A stretch of DNA of 59,507 nt, counting the filler. It is 8 parts of 8 records of this genome, joined end to end, with 100 filler letters (N's around TTAATTAATTAA, not from the genome) between each part and the next. Parts side by side here need not be neighbours in the genome. Positions count along the whole stretch, not along the records: positions 49,153 to 54,252 come from SRR31147125_258600; positions 54,353 to 59,507 come from SRR31147125_258894; 6 more parts are not named here. One strand, 5' to 3'. A model generated the notes under the pieces. The model was not told the origin of the DNA and ran no database searches. It saw only the letters and a list, made by a program, of their open reading frames with translations. Below are positions 53,164-59,507 of this stretch, in pieces; the stretch's first letter is position 1, and each line of letters begins with the position of its first letter. The position numbers and the translations under genes are program-made.

Positions 53164-54108
53164 ATGAAAAATACTCAAAAAATGTTTGATATTCCAGAAA
53201 AAACCCTTGTCGAATCCAATTTGATGCAACCGGGTATGACCTCGTGTCAGGGGTGCGGGGCTGCCATCTCCATGAAACTGGCCTTGAAAGCCTTGGGCAA
53301 ACGGACGGTGGTGGTCTTTCCGGCCTGCTGTTTTTGTGTGTTTGTGGGGGGGTATCCCCATTCTAGCCTGGATGTCCCCATTATCCATTGCCCCTTTGAA
53401 ACCGCTGCCGTGGTGGCGTCCGGCGCATCCGCCGCTTTGGATGTGAAAGGGGAGAAGGACACTCTCGTCATGGTATGGGCCGGAGACGGCGGCACCTTTG
53501 ACATCGGGCTTCAGGCCCTGTCCGGAGCTGCCGAGCGAAACGAAAACATCCTGTTTGTCTGTTACGACAATGAAGCGTACATGAATACCGGCATTCAGCG
53601 CTCCAGTGCCACGCCTCTCGGGGCCTGGACCACCACCACGCCTGCCGGATCCATCAAGGAAGAGCCTAAAAAAGATATCGAGCAGATCATGCTGGCCCAC
53701 CATATTTCCTACATGGCAACGGCATCGGCCGCCTATCCCGACGATTTGTTTCAAAAATTCCGAAAAGCACGGCGGATTACCGGAATGAAATTCATTCATC
53801 TGCTCTCTGCCTGCCCGCCGGGGTGGCGTATCGATCCGGCCAACTCGGTGAAAGCCATGCGCATGGCCACACAATCCAATGTGTTTCCCATCTATGAAGT
53901 GCGGAAGTGGCGCTACTCGGAAAAGAAACAGGAATTTGAAGAAAAATGGGAGTACACCGTGAACGTTTATCCGGACAATCAAATTCCCGTCAAAACATAT
54001 TTGGAGTCCCAAGGGCGTTTCGGCCTGATCACCGATGAGATGGCCCGGGACGTTCAGGAACGGGTGAACGGCAAGTGGCAGGATCTTCTTGCCAAGGCAT
54101 CGGGTTGA
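53164..54108 (+). CDS. porB: 2-oxoacid:acceptor oxidoreductase beta (TPP) subunit
   Basis: CQGCG, GDGGTFDIG..DNEAYMNTGIQRS, CPPGW. Confidence 0.93.
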   Translation: MKNTQKMFDIPEKTLVESNLMQPGMTSCQGCGAAISMKLALKALGKRTVVVFPACCFCVFVGGYPHSSLDVPIIHCPFETAAVVASGASAALDVKGEKDTLVMVWAGDGGTFDIGLQALSGAAERNENILFVCYDNEAYMNTGIQRSSATPLGAWTTTTPAGSIKEEPKKDIEQIMLAHHISYMATASAAYPDDLFQKFRKARRITGMKFIHLLSACPPGWRIDPANSVKAMRMATQSNVFPIYEVRKWRYSEKKQEFEEKWEYTVNVYPDNQIPVKTYLESQGRFGLITDEMARDVQERVNGKWQDLLAKASG

Positions 54109-54210
54109 TGTCGAACAAAAGCTCACCCGTCGATTATTTTATCTTTCCGGGCTTTGATTTACTCCAGGCTTTAGCCCTGTTTCTTTGAATAGAGAGCCGG
54201 TGTTGAACCA

Positions 54211-54252
54211 ACCTCACCCCCACCATCCCCCTCTCCATAAATGGCGAGGGGC
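54211..54252. repeat. REP-like intergenic palindromic element at contig end
   Basis: CCTCACCCC..CCCCTCTCCAT-AA-ATGGCGAGGGG hairpin; the assembly breaks here. Confidence 0.45.
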
Positions 54253-54352
54253 NNNNNNNNNNNNNNNNNNNNNNNNNNNNNNNNNNNNNNNNNNNNTTAA
54301 TTAATTAANNNNNNNNNNNNNNNNNNNNNNNNNNNNNNNNNNNNNNNNNNNN
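54253..54352. other. artificial contig spacer
   Basis: N44-TTAATTAATTAA-N44. Confidence 0.98.
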
Positions 54353-57300
54353 CGAGGAGAGGAAGCGTCGGGAGGCAGAAGAACGTCGTATTGCCCAGGA
54401 GGAGTTGCAATTGAGTCGCCTGAAATTCTATGTGCCACGTGTCCTCGACTTGCCGCGTCTGGAGGAGGCTCTCGACGTTCTCGCTGCTGAAACAACCAAG
54501 GGGGCGTATAACGCACACGAGTTCCAGAAGGAGTTGTTGGATGCCACGGTACGGAGGATTTTCCTTTGGCATCAGGATGGAGGATCCTGACTCGTATCGT
54601 CAAGGATACGGTGCGCCAGTTCCAGATAGATGTTGTCGAGTGGGACTCCAAGACGGAGCGTCTGATGCGCGAGCTACGTTCTGGGCGGGAGCTTCTCAAG
54701 GATAAGGCCGAAGATATTGAGAAGATTAAGGCCCGTTTGGCACAAATCCGCGTTAAGGTTGCTCACAAGCTCAGCGATCTTAAGAGTAAGGTGAGCGAGT
54801 TGCAACACACGCACACGCACTCTCATATACTCACTCACGCAACGTTTCAAGGAGGAACATGTGTCCTTGTACAAGGCCAAGGCGGAACGGTTTGTGGAAC
54901 GGATCGAATTCATTCTGGGTGTACGAGAGGAGACATGCAAAGTAAGTGTGGACGTGCGGTGGTATCAACAGCTCAGATTCGTCGTTACACAAGGATGTGC
55001 CGTGTAATATGACACGACTGAAAAAATTCCTTCCCGAGGCACGGAAGCTGGCTGATGATGCTGGCCAACTTGCCTTTGAGATCCAGAAGTGGCGTGAAGC
55101 CCTTGAGTACGTCCCTGCCATGGAGAAAGAGAGAACGGTGTCTAACCCCCCTGGATTGTCGTCCAGGTATGTGAATTGTGTCCTACGGGAGCGCTATGGG
55201 ACTGTATTTGGCTGGGAAGCGCAAGTGGAGACACTCCTATCGATTCTGAACTCGTTTGAGGCGGAACTTCGCCGGTCCCAGTCTGAGTCCTTCACGTGGC
55301 GCGAGCTTGCCGAACGTCTTCTTGACCTTCTGACGTCCGTGGCACCCACTGTCCCGGAGCATGTTGAAAACGCAGTCGAACTTAAGCGTTTTGTGGAAGA
55401 GGTTTGGTGATTGCTACCGAGTGGTCGTCCTCCCTGACACCCTTCAATCAGGTTCAACGAAAGATGGCATTCGTCAAGGACGCCGAACGCAATGCTGGCA
55501 TTGAATGGGCTTTGGAAGCTGCCAACAAGATCCAGTTGAATGACGATGCACGCGCTGCATGTAGTGATGCCAATCGCGTGATCGTTGATTTGGAAGAGTG
55601 GTCGGATCGTATGGATCGTGTGTTGGTCGAGTACAACGACAGTCGAAAGGAGTTGGGTGACTGGCGTCACTTCACCGAGTCTCTCCTTCGTGACGCAGAG
55701 GAAATTGTCTGCGATATGGAAACTCGTACGGAGCAAGGTGTGTCCGTAATGGCCGATGTGGAGAAGTGGCACGAGTCCATCCTGTCGGAGCGTGGAGAGT
55801 GGCGAGCCTCCCTGTTCAAGGATTCCGACAAATGGCACTTTGAGATGCGAAAAGAAGGAAAGATCAAGTCACGCGAGCGATCGCTTGCGGAAATGCTCCT
55901 TGCACAGAAACAAAAGAAATTGAAGGTGTGTGACACACAAATCTTGGTTGTTTGGGGCTTGATGCTAACGACTGTTTGGACCCAGGTAACACGAATGCCC
56001 GCTCAGGATTGGAAGGCACGAGCCGAGAAGGAGAGTTTGGGTTCAGTAGCGGCATTGCTTCGTCTGGAGATTGAAAAATGGGAAGAGGCCATTCGCCAAG
56101 CCGAAAATCCCCCGACTCCGCGTCCCATCGACGACGAGGAAGAGGAAGAGGGGGAGGGAGAAGGAGGCGGACCGTCCACGCATCCTGAGACGCCCATGAC
56201 GGAGGTGGATCGTATCAAGGCCAACATGCGAAAGAGGAAGAAGGAGATCCTTCATGTATTGAAGACCACACCCAAAGCTGCTCCCGAGGCCCCGGCCACA
56301 ACAAGTGCACGACGTTCTTCCCGTTTGTCCGATCGGGGTCGGCTTTCTTCTGCGAGGAAGGGCACAACTGATGTCCCACTAACGGATCGCAGTGGCCACG
56401 TAGTGTTGACTGCGGACGACGGGCAAGGAGGAGTGAGGGTGTCGGCACGAGGAAGACGAAAGAGGCCACACCACGACCCGACTCTCTTCGCGGTGCGAGA
56501 GAAAGCGAACGACTTGCAGCTCTTCGCGGTCGTGTCCTGGATGATACCGGCGCTCCTCTTTCGGGAGTAGCGGTCAGCGTACTCAATCGTACCGACCTCC
56601 AGCCGTCTGTTTCACAATCGGGTGGAACGTATACCCTGAGGGTGACATGTGGAGCACTCATCACGTTGCACTTTGAGAAGAGTGGATTCGAAGAAGATCT
56701 CTTACAACTTGAGGTGTGTGGGGTGCTGTGAGTGATGGTGTCTCCCTCCCCCCCCTCAACCTTGCTGCTCGCTCCTCGCACCATAGGTTCCTCTAGCGGA
56801 TACCGTCGAAGTGCCCGAAGTGATGGTCCTCCATCCCATGAGCGAGGAGATGCTTCTGGCACGGAAGGCTGTGCAAGAAGTCCCCCGGCCCCCGCGAGGA
56901 TCACGGGGATCCGGTACACTGGCGAAGCTGACGTCTTTTCTTAGAGGGGTGGTTGTCGATCTGGAGAACCAACCTGTGGATGGTGTCGTTGTGCGCGCTG
57001 TCAACCACCCCGAACTTCTTCCCACCACAACGAACAAGGATGGATTCTACGACTTCAAAGCGCACAGTGGCTCAACCACCATTCTCGCCTTCGATTGCCC
57101 TGGCTACACCGAGGAGAGAACCCAATTGCTGGTCCCTGAGGCCGACATTGTTGATGTTCCCGATGTCAAGCTCCAACGCGGCGTGAAAATCTTTCGCCGT
57201 GGCCAGGAAGACGACAAACCAGTGTCATCCCTTCCCCCTCAGCCTGTCCCGCCCTTGCCCTCTCAAAGCCCTCGAGTGGGTGTAGAGGTGGATGTGGTGG

Positions 57301-59507
57301 AGGAGTTGACGGCTCGAAGCAAGGTGGCTCCCCCGCCCCCCGGAATGACACGCAAGCAGTTTGATGAACTTCTTGCGCTTTCCCCTGCCCAAGTGGCGTC
57401 CCTTCCCGCCTCGGATCTGATACGCTATCAGACGTGTGTCCAACATCGCACCAAGACAGATCACGGCCCCGTATTGCCAGAGCCCATTCCGGAGGGGATG
57501 AACCCAGACGAGTATACAACACTCCGAGAGGCTACGCCCGCGGATGTCATCGCGATAAGCGAGAAACCTGCGATCGATGACACTGTTCGTGTACTCACAG
57601 AGTACCAGAATACGTGGGCCAAACGGGGAGGCGCCGTTGGCGTTGCCCCCTCTTCTTTGGCACAACAAGAGTATGAGTGTTTGCTAACTCTTCCCCCGCA
57701 AGAGATTGCCACTCTGCCGATTGAAGGTCTGGCGCAACTCCAAGAAGCTCAACTCTGTCATCGTGACCGTATTCTGCAAGGCCGATTTGGCCCTACCCCG
57801 CCTGGTGCTAGTCGGGACGAGTTTCATCGCCTCATGTCCATGCAACCCGACCACGTGGCGAGCGCGTCAGAAGATGAACAAGATGCTCTTCGGGCCATGC
57901 ACGTCGAGCGTCTACGCCTCGCAGCCGATAAGGGAGGGCGTCTTCAGGGTCCCCCACCCAAGGGGATGCCTGCTGCCGAGTACGAACGTCTTCTCAACAT
58001 TCCACCCCACGAGGTGGAGGACAGTCCAGATGTGGACGCCATCCGTGAGGCACATGCACACCGTGCTTCCACAGCCGACGCGCTGGGACTACCCCGCCGA
58101 CACGGGTCTCCTCCCCACGATATGTCCGAGGCGGAGTATGAGAGTCTTCTCGCGATTCCCGCGGATCAAGTCCCCGCATTGCCCGCAAATGAGCAGGCAG
58201 ATTTGCGCCGTGCCCTACGTCACCGTGCAGGACCTTTGGATCCGAGTCTTGTGGAAGGCGGGAACGAAGAACCTCCGGCCTCTCTAGGCGAGGATTACCT
58301 TGATCTCCTTGCCTCTTCACCTCCTGAAGTAGACGAGATGGATGCCACCCAACTCAGCAGGCTTCAGTGTGCTGTGCAACATCGAGATCGCGCACTAGAT
58401 CAAAACCTGGTAGTGGGGCAACCACCCCCTAATCTAACAGTAGATGAATACGAGACTCTTTTGACCGCGACACCGGAGCAGTGCTGGAAGGCCATCCCCA
58501 CTCAACTCGCCCATCTTCAAAGGGCCGTCCAGCATCAGGCCATGTGGCGAACCCGCCATGCCACATCGGGACGTCGAAGTCGTCCTCAATCGCTGCACTC
58601 GCGTATTGCCCCGTCAGGATCTTCCAGTTCAGGTGGAGATGAGACGTCGGCTGCTGTCAAGGATCTGCGTGAGAAGGCAGCCTCTCTGCGAAGCCGGTTG
58701 TCTCTGCTCACGGGCGGCGACGATGTCAGTTCTGTTGGGGTACCGCCTTCCTCGGGTACGGTGACCACACCGCTCCATCGGTCAACAGGCGAACCGTTTG
58801 CCGACATTACTGTCCTCGAGCCAGCACGTCCCCTTCATACGCCTGCTGAGGAGCTGCGCACTGGGGTACCCTCACCTTTCATTCCTTCCTGGACGGGTGG
58901 AAACAAAACCCTAGGTACGACGCTGCTCGTGGACGTGCCCCTGCACACACTCACGCACCCCGTAGAGGATTGGCGCAAGTCAACAAGTTCCATAGGATCC
59001 AACAAATCCCGCGATCGATCCGACCGACGCCGTTCCCTGCTTCGCCAGTCCATTTCAATGCAATCTTCCTCCAGTGGTGGCGCGGAACAACAACCTGCGA
59101 TGGTTGGATTCGATCCCACTGCCGATTCTCAGGCAATCCCTGAGAGTATTGATGAGAGGCCGATGGCGAGGCGGCTTCCGACACGTAAGTCTGTGACATT
59201 CACCGACACAAAGGCCCCCGTTCCTCCCGACCATCCGCAAGAGGGGCCTCTTTCCCCGCTGCCCGCGGATTCTCCACGTGCGATTGCTGCTTCGGGTAGT
59301 GTTGCCCTTCGCGAACGGTCCCAGCTTCTTAAAGAGGGACCAGGATCCTCCGTCTGGGGAGAACAGACCTTGCATGCACTTCGTTCCGAGACAGTACGCT
59401 CATCATCCTTCCATTTTTTTCTTGCATCACACTCTTCTGGGCAGGCACCCGTCGCCCAGCCGTTGCGTTCCGATGTTATTGGCAGGCTATTCCCACACGA
59501 GGAGTTG
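54353..59507 (+). CDS. large multi-exon eukaryotic protein (or two genes): coiled coil, two TTR/carboxypeptidase-regulatory-like domains, eight ~50-aa repeats; both ends open
   Basis: GT-AG introns such as 55926-55985 and 56714-56786; frame open from 56787 to the window end. The exon junction near 56330-56500 is unresolved. Confidence 0.65.

Overview
This window is not one locus. It is eight unrelated contigs joined by seven artificial 100-nt spacers (N44-TTAATTAATTAA-N44), so adjacency across spacers means nothing. C1 (1-10680, Desulfobacterota-like): a CbbQ/NorQ AAA+ ATPase with its vWA partner, small hypotheticals, an XRE regulator and a family-5 ABC importer. C2 (10781-16584, eukaryote with short GT-AG introns): a cyclophilin end, an intron-containing bacterial-type SLOG/cpYpsA gene and TOPBP1. 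C3 (16685-24874, alphaproteobacterial-like mobile element): a STAND-like NTPase, membrane proteins and a split VirD4-type coupling protein. C4 (24975-30262, Clostridia-like): MarR, accB, accC and a fused accD-accA. C5 (30363-43506, Desulfobacterota-like): an ECF sigma / CBM48 anti-sigma module, an IS3 remnant, two paralogous GntRs around asnS-argF-pyrB-asparaginase, then a hydantoin racemase and a Liv-type ABC transporter. C6 (43607-49052, eukaryote): SNRNP70, SPT3 and an ankyrin protein. C7 (49153-54252, Desulfobacterota-like): a 2-oxoacid oxidoreductase operon with a GltD module inside PorD. C8 (54353-59507, eukaryote): a large unknown protein with teneurin-like TTR domains and eight novel ~50-aa repeats that the ORF track misses. 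The best candidates for undescribed biology are the CBM48-sensing ECF module with two matching promoters, the ultra-compact protist genome (overlapping stop codons, a probable bacterial gene transfer with introns, the repeat protein) and the C3 element. Taxonomic labels and family calls come from recalled motifs; no database search was run.
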